A stretch of DNA of 64,000 nucleotides from the NCBI GenBank assembly GCA_947494155.1, contig CANLTW010000001.1, forward strand, positions 128,001-192,000. The letters are read 5' to 3'. The first letter of the stretch is position 1; every line of letters begins with the position of its first letter. The DNA is from Chlamydiota bacterium (lineage in GTDB: Bacteria; Chlamydiota; Chlamydiia; Chlamydiales; RGXB01). Under the pieces are notes generated by a model that saw nothing but the letters and a program-made list of their open reading frames with translations, was not told the DNA's origin and searched no databases. This document shows positions 47,390 through 56,033 of the stretch, piece after piece. Position numbers and translations under genes: made by a program.

Positions 47390-48496
47390 ATGAACATCCG
47401 TAGTGTTCTTCATCTGCCACTCATCGTAGCAAGTCTAGGATTGATGGCCGGAAATTACAATGAGAATAAACAGGGGCAAGATTGCACTCCCTTATGTTAT
47501 GCAGGTCCAGTACTTGATTGCGATAGCAATTTTGATGTATATGGAGGTGCAATTTATGAGGTGGTGAATGCTCAGGGATCTGAAATCGCCGCTCAAGTAG
47601 ATAGATTAGGTATTACATTTCCTGCAAACGGATCTATGATCCAGCAAACAGAAACGCCCTCTTGGGGTTTCAAAGTCGGTCTAGGCTATAAAAATTGGAT
47701 AGATAATTGGAGATCCTATGCACGCTACACCTGGTTTAAAGCCATTAGCAACTTGAACTACCAGGCTTCTGTTGGTCAACTATATCAGCCCTCTAGTTAC
47801 GCTAACCAGTACGTAGAGAACCTGACGCTTCCACAAACGTTTGGATTTTTAAATCTACAAGCAGGTAACTATACTCTTCTCAATAATTTGGAAGTAGCTA
47901 TCGGAAGACCGACTCTGGTCACAGAAAGCCTAGAGTTGACAACATCCTATGGTGTTACAGCTACCTGGCTCACAAGAAGACAGATTGCTGTTTTTACCAA
48001 TAACACCGCAGGTACCGGCGCAGTTACAGATTTATATGCTTCAGCTGGTGGCGGATTTTTTCAAAACTACCAAAAATATACGTGGTGGGGTGTAGGACCT
48101 ATGGTTAACCTCCGCTCAGTTTTTTATATTGGTAGTGGCGTGGGAATTTATGCTGACACTTATATAGCGCTCACCTATGGGGCATCAGATGTCCGTACAT
48201 CTACATTTGCAAAAAGAAACATCAATACAGTTGCAGCACCTAATTATAACAATGTTGAGGCCGCACTGCATAACAAGATGTTCCAATTTTCTCCAGAGTA
48301 TAATTTTGAACTAGGATTCAATTGGTCGCAAACGTACAAAGAAGACTCGATAAAAGCCTCTTTTATGATCGGGTATGAGACATCCTATTACCAACAGGTA
48401 ATCAAAACATTAACAAATGAAATCGCCTACAGAAACGAAAACTCAGCAGGATTAGGAATCCAGGGTTTAGTAATCACGGCGATGCTGGATTTCTAA
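47390..48496 (+). CDS. MOMP-like outer-membrane beta-barrel protein, paralog 4
   Basis: SD GAGGT; DCTPLCYAGPVLDC, FQNYQKYTWWGVGP and GLGIQGLVITAMLDF. Confidence 0.85.
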   Translation: MNIRSVLHLPLIVASLGLMAGNYNENKQGQDCTPLCYAGPVLDCDSNFDVYGGAIYEVVNAQGSEIAAQVDRLGITFPANGSMIQQTETPSWGFKVGLGYKNWIDNWRSYARYTWFKAISNLNYQASVGQLYQPSSYANQYVENLTLPQTFGFLNLQAGNYTLLNNLEVAIGRPTLVTESLELTTSYGVTATWLTRRQIAVFTNNTAGTGAVTDLYASAGGGFFQNYQKYTWWGVGPMVNLRSVFYIGSGVGIYADTYIALTYGASDVRTSTFAKRNINTVAAPNYNNVEAALHNKMFQFSPEYNFELGFNWSQTYKEDSIKASFMIGYETSYYQQVIKTLTNEIAYRNENSAGLGIQGLVITAMLDF

Positions 48497-48517
48497 TACA
48501 AAGAGAAGAACACGTAG

Positions 48518-48546
48518 AAAAAAGGCCGGTAATCCCGGCCTTTTTT
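48518..48546 (+). terminator. Rho-independent terminator
   Basis: AAAAAAGGCCGG-TAATC-CCGGCCTTTTTT. Confidence 0.88.
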
Positions 48547-48764
48547 ATTTAATTGCAATAGTTGGTTCTTTAAAAAAACGTATTCAAAAAAAGCTATTGC
48601 ATCTCTTTATATTACTTGCTGTAATTAAAAATTATTTGCATGAGAAAACACAAAATGAAAATATTTTTTTAATTTTCTATTTTAAAAAATTCTCCTTTCA
48701 GGTATGAGAAGAGTTAATAGGAAAAAAAGCCGTTTGATGAATGTCTAACCTTTAAGAGGAAAAG

Positions 48765-50015
48765 ATGAAAACTTACTTTAGTCAATATCTTCCTGCAATT
48801 GTAGTTTCACTGGCGGTTGCCTCTGGAATACAAGCGGAAGAAAATAGATCTGCGGATGGAAAAAGTCCAGTTTGTGCAGATATGTGCTACGCTGGACCCG
48901 TTCTCGATTGTAACGATAACTGGAATGTTATGGGAGCCGCTGTTTACGAGCAAGTGCGCGTGCAAGGGGGCGATATTGCATTACTACAAGATGCTGGTGC
49001 AAGATCAAATCCATTATTAGGAGTACAATTCCCGCAAAATGCTACTACGATACAGTTTCCCGAAGATCTCTCTTGGGGATTTAAAATTGGTGTAGGTTAT
49101 AGAGATTTGATTAGTGATTGGACAGCCCAAATTCGCTATAACTATTTTAAATCTGTAACGAACGGTTCATTGGAGTCGGGATATAACTTTGGTTTTGCGC
49201 CCTCTTATTACGTAAATCGCGCCATATTTAGCATTTATTCACCTACTGGACCCTCTAATAGTTATACAAATGCAGGTACAGCATCAGTTCCAATTACAGG
49301 TTTACCAGTAGGTGCTAATGCTTCGAATGCGAATATTCTTTTCCAAAATATGGAGATGGGGACATCCAGCATAATCAACAACTTTAATGTGACTCTAGAG
49401 AGGCCTTCTTTAGTAACTCAAAACCTAGAAGTAACACCTTTTTATGGTGTGAACACAACTATTATTACCCGTCGTCAGCTTGCGGTGTTTACAAACGACT
49501 ATTCTCCCACTGGAACTACACAACAAGCTTTGAACTTTTATCCTTCATCGCTTGGTGCCTTTTTCCAAAACTACCAAAAATACACATGGTGGGGTGTGGG
49601 TCCATTAGCTGGGGTACACACAAGTTTCAAAATGGGTGATATGTTTGCCCTTTATGGCGATGCATTTGGATCATTGACCTATGGACAGTGCTCCTCAAGA
49701 GCAAGTACCTTTTCCAAAAGGGTTTCACAACAAGGAAGTTTGTCCGGTGCTCTCGGACCTTACACTCCGGTAGAGGCTGTGATGGAGCAAAGGATGTTCC
49801 AATTCTCTCCTGAAGTAAATTTCCAAGTGGGAATCCGCTTCGAGGACAGATTTGATAACGATTCTAAACAAGTGCGAGTAAACATTGGTTACGAAGCAGC
49901 TTACTACTTCTTAGTAATGAAAACTGTAGTTAACGATACTCTTACGTATCAAACCGCAGATGGAGCAGGTTTAGGATTGCAAGGGCTTGTGCTTCAAGCA
50001 CAACTCGATTTCTAA
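48765..50015 (+). CDS. MOMP-like outer-membrane beta-barrel protein, paralog 5 (long Ser/Thr/Asn-rich loop)
   Basis: SD GAGGA; family motifs; insertion SIYSPTGPSNSYTNAGTASVPITGLPVGANASN; ends QAQLDF. Confidence 0.85.
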   Translation: MKTYFSQYLPAIVVSLAVASGIQAEENRSADGKSPVCADMCYAGPVLDCNDNWNVMGAAVYEQVRVQGGDIALLQDAGARSNPLLGVQFPQNATTIQFPEDLSWGFKIGVGYRDLISDWTAQIRYNYFKSVTNGSLESGYNFGFAPSYYVNRAIFSIYSPTGPSNSYTNAGTASVPITGLPVGANASNANILFQNMEMGTSSIINNFNVTLERPSLVTQNLEVTPFYGVNTTIITRRQLAVFTNDYSPTGTTQQALNFYPSSLGAFFQNYQKYTWWGVGPLAGVHTSFKMGDMFALYGDAFGSLTYGQCSSRASTFSKRVSQQGSLSGALGPYTPVEAVMEQRMFQFSPEVNFQVGIRFEDRFDNDSKQVRVNIGYEAAYYFLVMKTVVNDTLTYQTADGAGLGLQGLVLQAQLDF

Positions 50016-50042
50016 GCACTCAAGATCCAGCAGTGTTTCAAC

Positions 50043-50072
50043 AAAAAGGTGCCTACGGGCACCTTTTTTTTT
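50043..50072. terminator. Rho-independent terminator (likely bidirectional)
   Basis: AAAAAGGTGCC-TACG-GGCACCTTTTTTTTT; overlaps the 3' end of the convergent ORF. Confidence 0.88.
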
Positions 50073-51102
50073 GAAAAAAAAGATCGGTTAAATGGAACTG
50101 GCTTTTGTTGCTTAATCCGAAAAAGAAAAATTGTTTTTTCTGGGCAAATTTTAAACTATTTTTTGGGGAAATATCCTCATCATAAAGCCACAGATTTTTA
50201 AATTTTGAGGGGTAAAGATTATCGGTATAGGGAAAATCGTTTTTATATTTCGAAAAAATGCAGGAGAGAACATGTTCTTCCGGAAAAACACTTAAGAAAG
50301 GCAGACCGCTTTCACAACATTTATAATAGCTATTTACCACTTGAACCGTGGGAGCAAAGGAGAAATCCAATCCAAAAATGGGGGTTGTAATACGGTATTG
50401 AATGAGGGGGTTCAAATCTGTCAATTCGGTGAGTTTCTCCAGAGCAGGGGAAAGAAAATTTGCCCTCACCATCACTTTATCTTTTATTAAAAAGGCGTGA
50501 TGCTTTTTGATCACATCAAAAATAGGATCAATCGAGCGTATCGGGATTAATCGGGAGTCAACCCAAAGAACATGACTAAAACCCAGTTTAGACGCCTCAA
50601 GCATTAAAAATATCTTGAAGCTATAGGGAACAGCAGCATAACGGATCTCTTTGCCTGTAGGGTTGGGAAATCCCCCTATTCTATAGAAGAAGTAACCGTT
50701 AAACCCATGCGCCTCAAGATTTTTGATGGATTGATGAATGAGCTCAGGATTCCTTAAATTTGAGCCGTCCACAGTCGTTACAACGCAGCAAGATGAGCCT
50801 TTATTAATCTTGATGAGGCATTTTGCCAGATTGTCGGCAGAAAACTTTTGATCGACCCCTCGAAACACTCTTTTCGATAGATGAGTTTTTACCTCTTCCA
50901 ACTCTTTTTGTGTTAACTCAAAATTCTTTTTTTCTTCTCTAAACAAGGATTCTATACATGTAGAAATATTTGCTTTTTGTATATTTTCCTCAAGCTGCTT
51001 ATAGTACTTGTTCTCTTCAGCAAACTCATCAGGAACCTCAAAAAGAAAAGGATTTATGCTTAGGGAAAAAAATAGATACATGGGGGTGAAGTAAAAAGAC
51101 AT
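50053..51102 (-). CDS. Putative GT-A glycosyltransferase-like protein (DUF1647-like), paralog A
   Basis: YRIGGFPNPTG, PYSFKIFLMLEA, VLWVDS (DxD-like) and PEEHVLS; hydrophobic N-terminus; clear paralog of the next gene. Confidence 0.6.
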   Translation of the reverse strand: MSFYFTPMYLFFSLSINPFLFEVPDEFAEENKYYKQLEENIQKANISTCIESLFREEKKNFELTQKELEEVKTHLSKRVFRGVDQKFSADNLAKCLIKINKGSSCCVVTTVDGSNLRNPELIHQSIKNLEAHGFNGYFFYRIGGFPNPTGKEIRYAAVPYSFKIFLMLEASKLGFSHVLWVDSRLIPIRSIDPIFDVIKKHHAFLIKDKVMVRANFLSPALEKLTELTDLNPLIQYRITTPIFGLDFSFAPTVQVVNSYYKCCESGLPFLSVFPEEHVLSCIFSKYKNDFPYTDNLYPSKFKNLWLYDEDISPKNSLKFAQKKQFFFFGLSNKSQFHLTDLFFQKKRCP

Positions 51103-51107
51103 AATAA

Positions 51108-52172
51108 TTAATCCTCTGATGGGGTAGCGCTATTAGCTCCCTCGTTCGAAATACCAAAAAAATAGTAATTTTTGCTTTTGGAAAATACCGCTAATTTTTG
51201 ATCCATTTTGGCATTTGGGGAGTATAAATAGAGCTTTTTCCAAATTTCAGGGTACAACTCGTTCAAAAAGGTCGCGCGAGAAAAATGCTTTTCTAAGAGG
51301 GCTGAAAGTACTATCTCCTCTGGATAACAAGATAAAAAAGGGGTGCCCAGTTGGGATGCGGTATAAAATCCATCAATCAGATTTTCTACTTCTTTCAGCT
51401 GCATATTAAGGCCAAATACCGGCGTAGCTAATGCGCGATTTTTCTCATAAGAGGTTTTTGTAAGGGCAAGTATAGCCTTTTGGGCCTCAAGAAAAATATT
51501 GTTTTTTCCCATGGTGTGCGTGCTATTAAAAAGCCCTCCTGCGTCCCGAATGATTGAGAAAAGGGGGGTGATATTTTTCAGTGCAACCAATCGAGCATCT
51601 ACCCAAAGAATAGTTTGAAATCCTAGTTGTTTTGCCTCTTCCATTAAAAAAATTTTAAAGGCATAAGGGGTAGCACTCAAATTGAGCTCGAACCCTCTAG
51701 GGGTCGGATATCCCCCTATTCTGTAATAAAGATATCCATCAAATCCTGTTTTCTCCAAAGAGTTCTTGAGGCGTTCAAGAAGTCCTTTAGGCCTCCTTTT
51801 TCCAAAGCCTACACAACTAACAACAAGATTACTCCCCCCACGATTGATTTTGATGAGGTTTTTAGAGGGTTGTTCTAGCTTCAACGGATCGGAAAGACGC
51901 ATCCTTAAAGCAATCCCCATCCTTTCAAGAACAGACTGGTAAAATAGACGGAAAAAGTCCTCCTCATGAATTCCGCAAAGACCTCTTTCATGATTGTAAA
52001 CCTCTTTAAGGCGGTTTTCCAATAGATGAGAATCAAGCATCTGATCGATATTTTGAAAATCTTCATTTGTTGGCTCTTTTTTTGGGGGATACTCTAAATA
52101 AAAAGGGGAAAGAGCGAGAAAAAATGGGGTTAGAATTTTTGTATAGGAGAATATTTCAAGAAAAAATTTCAT
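51108..52172 (-). CDS. Putative GT-A glycosyltransferase-like protein (DUF1647-like), paralog B
   Basis: YRIGGYPTPRG, PYAFKIFLMEEA, ILWVDA and PEEIVLS. Confidence 0.6.
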   Translation of the reverse strand: MKFFLEIFSYTKILTPFFLALSPFYLEYPPKKEPTNEDFQNIDQMLDSHLLENRLKEVYNHERGLCGIHEEDFFRLFYQSVLERMGIALRMRLSDPLKLEQPSKNLIKINRGGSNLVVSCVGFGKRRPKGLLERLKNSLEKTGFDGYLYYRIGGYPTPRGFELNLSATPYAFKIFLMEEAKQLGFQTILWVDARLVALKNITPLFSIIRDAGGLFNSTHTMGKNNIFLEAQKAILALTKTSYEKNRALATPVFGLNMQLKEVENLIDGFYTASQLGTPFLSCYPEEIVLSALLEKHFSRATFLNELYPEIWKKLYLYSPNAKMDQKLAVFSKSKNYYFFGISNEGANSATPSED

Positions 52173-52208
52173 TTGTAATTTCAGGAATTTTAAGCAAAAA
52201 TACTCTAC

Positions 52209-53246
52209 ATGAAAATCTTTGTGATTAGAATTGGTTTCTTTTTTTTATTTTGGACATGCAGTCTTAACGCAAAAGCACCCGATAGCTGGGGCAAAACCCA
52301 TTACATTTGGAATTTAGGTTTGAGGCAAGAATGTGATGTGGGGGTAGACTGTGAGCCAAATGAGTATTTCTCAGCGAGTGAGTTTCTCTATAAAAAAGAA
52401 AACTATCAGAGGATTAAAGATGGGGATATTGTTTGGATAAGACCCCCCTTTTTAAAACCTTTCTACAACGACTTTATAGAAAACTTAGACAAAGAAATTG
52501 TTCTTGTAATTTGTGATGGGGATGAGTCTTTTCCGAAAAATTGTGGCTTGAGCCCAACAGAGCTGGAGAATCTTTTAGCGTCTCCTTATGTGCTGCATGT
52601 GTTTACGCAAAATTTTGACTATAAAGGTCCTTCCAAAAAAGTCTCCCCAATTCCTATAGGGATAGATTTTCATTCGGTTGCTTTCAAAGGGGGTTATTGG
52701 GGAATGACAGGCTCTCCTGCACATCAAGAGCAGGTTCTAGAAAAGATCCTCCAAACTTCATGTCCTACAAGAAATAGAAAAAAAAGAGCTTTCGTCGATT
52801 TTCAGCATAGCGAATCGATGCGTGCTAGTTTCGCAAGATATAAAGAGTTTGGGGAAGATAGAGCCAGTATATTTGAAAAAATTAAGAACAGCGGTGTGGT
52901 AGACAGCTCGTCAAGATACCCTCGAGAAGCGCTATGGAGAAAAAAAAGCGAGTATGCTTTTTCCATAAGTCCTTGGGGAAATGGATTGGATTGTCATAGA
53001 ACATGGGAAGATCTAGTGTTAGGTTGTATCGTAATTGTTAAAACCTCCTCTTTGGATCCCCTCTACGAGGGTTTACCCGTTGTTATAGTGAATGACTGGG
53101 ATGAAATTCACGAGGAAAATTTGAATAAATGGTTTCAAATCTATCAAGACGCGTCTGAAAATGGGAATTTTAGAGAAAAATTAACCCACAAATACTGGAT
53201 GAAAAAAATCGTTGCAAAAACGAAATTTATAAATACCTTTTCATAA
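52209..53246 (+). CDS. Exostosin (GT47)-like glycosyltransferase with signal peptide
   Basis: PIPIGID and YAFSISPWGNGLDCHRTWEDLVLGCIVIVK...LYEGLPVVIVNDW; signal peptide ending SLNA. Confidence 0.72.
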   Translation: MKIFVIRIGFFFLFWTCSLNAKAPDSWGKTHYIWNLGLRQECDVGVDCEPNEYFSASEFLYKKENYQRIKDGDIVWIRPPFLKPFYNDFIENLDKEIVLVICDGDESFPKNCGLSPTELENLLASPYVLHVFTQNFDYKGPSKKVSPIPIGIDFHSVAFKGGYWGMTGSPAHQEQVLEKILQTSCPTRNRKKRAFVDFQHSESMRASFARYKEFGEDRASIFEKIKNSGVVDSSSRYPREALWRKKSEYAFSISPWGNGLDCHRTWEDLVLGCIVIVKTSSLDPLYEGLPVVIVNDWDEIHEENLNKWFQIYQDASENGNFREKLTHKYWMKKIVAKTKFINTFS

Positions 53247-53387
53247 AAAAGAGAAAAACAAACCTCCTGGGAGTACTATAGAAACTATTTTACCCTTTTT
53301 TTTCAAAAAATGTTTCCTCTAATTGGGATCTTTTGTAAATAGAAGTTAAGTGTAAAAAATACTGTTTTAAATTCTATAGGATTTACC

Positions 53388-54557
53388 ATGAACAGAAAAA
53401 TATCAAGTTGTTTACCGGTGCTGTTCGTGACAGCCGGTCTATTTGGGGCAGCAGGCAACAGCTCCAGTAATACAAAGGAGGCGATCCAAGATTGCGCACC
53501 CTTATGTTACGCAAGCCCCATTTTTGAATGTGAATCGCCTTGGGAGGTTTACGGAGGGGCGATTTACCAGCAGTTTAGAACCCAATCGCAAGAAATTGCT
53601 GTTCTCACTCAAGACACAGCTCAACAACCATTCAACCAGACTAACACAAACGGTTACTACCCTGCTCCCTCCTATCCTTTGAATGGCACAGGGATAGAAA
53701 ATATGGAAGATTTCGGTTGGGGTGCAAGAATAGGATTTGGTTACAGAACTTGGTACGATGACTGGAAGGTCAATCTCCGCTACACGTACTTAAAAATTAC
53801 AACCAATTATCCCTCTCCAAACCTATCCTACGGGATGGGTTATAATCCCTCAGGATACGCAAACCAAATAATAAATGGGCAAACCTTACTTCCTAGTCCC
53901 CAATTCCAACCATCTGGAGGACAGGTCTCCCAAAGATCCCTTTTTAGAAACTTGGATTATGGTGTCAGCACGATTTTTAATGATGTGAACATCTCTATTT
54001 CTCGCCCCACAAAGATCAGTAAAGATTTGGAAATAACTACCTATTTGGGATTTGATGTTTCTTTTTTTACTAGACGAGCAAACCCTGTATTCACAAATGC
54101 TTTTGATGGTGGTTACGCCTTATCGCAGGGACTTTTCTTTCAGAACTATCAAAAAATCTCCTGGTGGGGAGTGGGGCCGATGATTGGTCTTCATTCAAGT
54201 TGGTATCTCGCCTATGATTGGAGTTTTTATGGGGACGCTTTTACTTCTCTTGAGTATGGACTCTCTTCGTCAAGAACATCTACCTTCTCTAGGACAAGTC
54301 AGCAGACCACAACAAGAGAGGCAACGCTTCAAAACTTTCTTTATCAATACAGCCCAAACTACCATTTTGCTTTAGGGTTTTCTTGGATGAAAATTTTAGA
54401 AGAATTTGACACAAAAATCACCTTCAACATTGGTTACGAGACTACATATTTTAGTCAGGTGATCAAACCTCTTATTCCTGAATTGAACTACAAAACAACA
54501 AATGGCGCAGGTCTAGGTTTACAAGGTCTTGTGTTACAAGGTACAGTGGATTTCTAA
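53388..54557 (+). CDS. MOMP-like outer-membrane beta-barrel protein, paralog 6
   Basis: DCAPLCYASPIFEC, FQNYQKISWWGVGP and GLGLQGLVLQGTVDF. Confidence 0.85.
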   Translation: MNRKISSCLPVLFVTAGLFGAAGNSSSNTKEAIQDCAPLCYASPIFECESPWEVYGGAIYQQFRTQSQEIAVLTQDTAQQPFNQTNTNGYYPAPSYPLNGTGIENMEDFGWGARIGFGYRTWYDDWKVNLRYTYLKITTNYPSPNLSYGMGYNPSGYANQIINGQTLLPSPQFQPSGGQVSQRSLFRNLDYGVSTIFNDVNISISRPTKISKDLEITTYLGFDVSFFTRRANPVFTNAFDGGYALSQGLFFQNYQKISWWGVGPMIGLHSSWYLAYDWSFYGDAFTSLEYGLSSSRTSTFSRTSQQTTTREATLQNFLYQYSPNYHFALGFSWMKILEEFDTKITFNIGYETTYFSQVIKPLIPELNYKTTNGAGLGLQGLVLQGTVDF

Positions 54558-54580
54558 TCAACTAAAACGTTTAACAAAGA

Positions 54581-54612
54581 AGATTCCGGCTCATAAGGCC
54601 GGAATTTTTTTT
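54581..54612 (+). terminator. Rho-independent terminator
   Basis: ATTCCGGCT-CATAA-GGCCGGAAT followed by a T run. Confidence 0.82.
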
Positions 54613-54766
54613 GATAAAATATTAAAAACTAATGCTGAAGAAACGGCTGAAAGAGCATTTTGAGCAGTTTTTCAAACATAAACCTTTTTTTTAAAAAACG
54701 GTTTTTGTAAATGGAAGATAACAGATAAAGCCGTATTAAAAGCTAAAACCCTTTCAAAGGTGAGTC

Positions 54767-55876
54767 ATGAGTCTAAATAAAATTAGAATTCTTCCGATGG
54801 TTGTCGCATCAGCAGGTCTTTTTGCCGCGAGTGCGCCAAATCAAAAAAAGATCGATAAAAATGAAGCAAGAGATTGCAGTTATCTCTGTGTTCCCAGTCC
54901 TATGCAAGAGTGCGACGCGCCGTGGGATCTTACGGCAGCCGCCACCTATCAACAAGTGCGCGTGCAAGGTGCAGATCAGGCGCTAATACAAAACGATCGA
55001 TTAAACTTTTTTTTCCCTTCAGGCGGGCTTGGAGTGCAGCCTTACGATGATTTTGCCTGGGGTTTTCAAGTGGGTGCGGGCTATACCGACTATGAAAGAA
55101 GCTGGAGATTTGCTGCAGATTATAACTACTTTAAAGCTATTTTCAATAAGCCTCTAGATCTGTCTTACGGTCAAGCCTTTGTCCCTTCTGCTTACGCTAA
55201 CGTTGTTTTGGATAGCAACATCGGAGCTTTGGGTTTTAATAACCTCCAATTAGGAAACTATACCCTTTTCAACAATGTGGATTTGACGGTACAAAGACCT
55301 AGTATGATCACACCGAATCTAGAATTTACCACACTTTTTGGGTTTGATGTACAATTCTTACAAAGACGACAGCTTTCTGTCTTTACAAATGGTGTGACCG
55401 ATACTACCACTGTGGGATTTATCTCTTCTTTAGGCGGTTACTTTCAAAACTACCAAAAATATACCTGGTGGGGCGTAGGACCTGAGGTTGGATTCCATTC
55501 GAATTGGAACTTGGGATCGAACTTCTATTTCTTTTTCGATGGAAAAGGTTCCCTCTCTTATGGTCTATCCTGTATGAGAGCAGCGACTTTTGCTAAAAGG
55601 GTTCTCACTGCTCCACTCCTGACTTATGATCAACGTGAGGCTGCTGTGCAGAACTACATGTATCAGTGGTCACCGGCAATGAAATATCTTTTGGGTATAT
55701 CCTGGTCAAAAGTACTGGATTCTAGCGAATCCAGGCTTACCATGAGACTTGCCTACTCCTCTCAGTACTTTTTCTATCTAATGAGATCGGTGAATCCAGA
55801 GGGGTACTATCGCTCTGAAAACGGTGCTGGTTTCGGATTGCAAGGGCTTATTTTGAGCGCTTCGATCGACTTCTAA
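54767..55876 (+). CDS. MOMP-like outer-membrane beta-barrel protein, paralog 7
   Basis: DCSYLCVPSPMQEC, FQNYQKYTWWGVGP and GFGLQGLILSASIDF. Confidence 0.85.
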   Translation: MSLNKIRILPMVVASAGLFAASAPNQKKIDKNEARDCSYLCVPSPMQECDAPWDLTAAATYQQVRVQGADQALIQNDRLNFFFPSGGLGVQPYDDFAWGFQVGAGYTDYERSWRFAADYNYFKAIFNKPLDLSYGQAFVPSAYANVVLDSNIGALGFNNLQLGNYTLFNNVDLTVQRPSMITPNLEFTTLFGFDVQFLQRRQLSVFTNGVTDTTTVGFISSLGGYFQNYQKYTWWGVGPEVGFHSNWNLGSNFYFFFDGKGSLSYGLSCMRAATFAKRVLTAPLLTYDQREAAVQNYMYQWSPAMKYLLGISWSKVLDSSESRLTMRLAYSSQYFFYLMRSVNPEGYYRSENGAGFGLQGLILSASIDF

Positions 55877-55907
55877 AAAGAGAAATAATCTTAAGGTTAT
55901 TGAAAAC

Positions 55908-55940
55908 AAAGGACCCTTTTTTAAGGGTCTTTTTCTTTTT
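55908..55940 (+). terminator. Rho-independent terminator
   Basis: AAAGGACCCTT-TTTT-AAGGGTCTTTT followed by a T-rich tail. Confidence 0.78.
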
Positions 55941-56033
55941 TAAAACGGCTTGAGAAGACTGCTTAGATTCTGTTTTTTTGTTTTTCAAATATTTTATTGA
56001 ACATAAAAGGTTGAATCTCTAGAAGAGGGTGTT

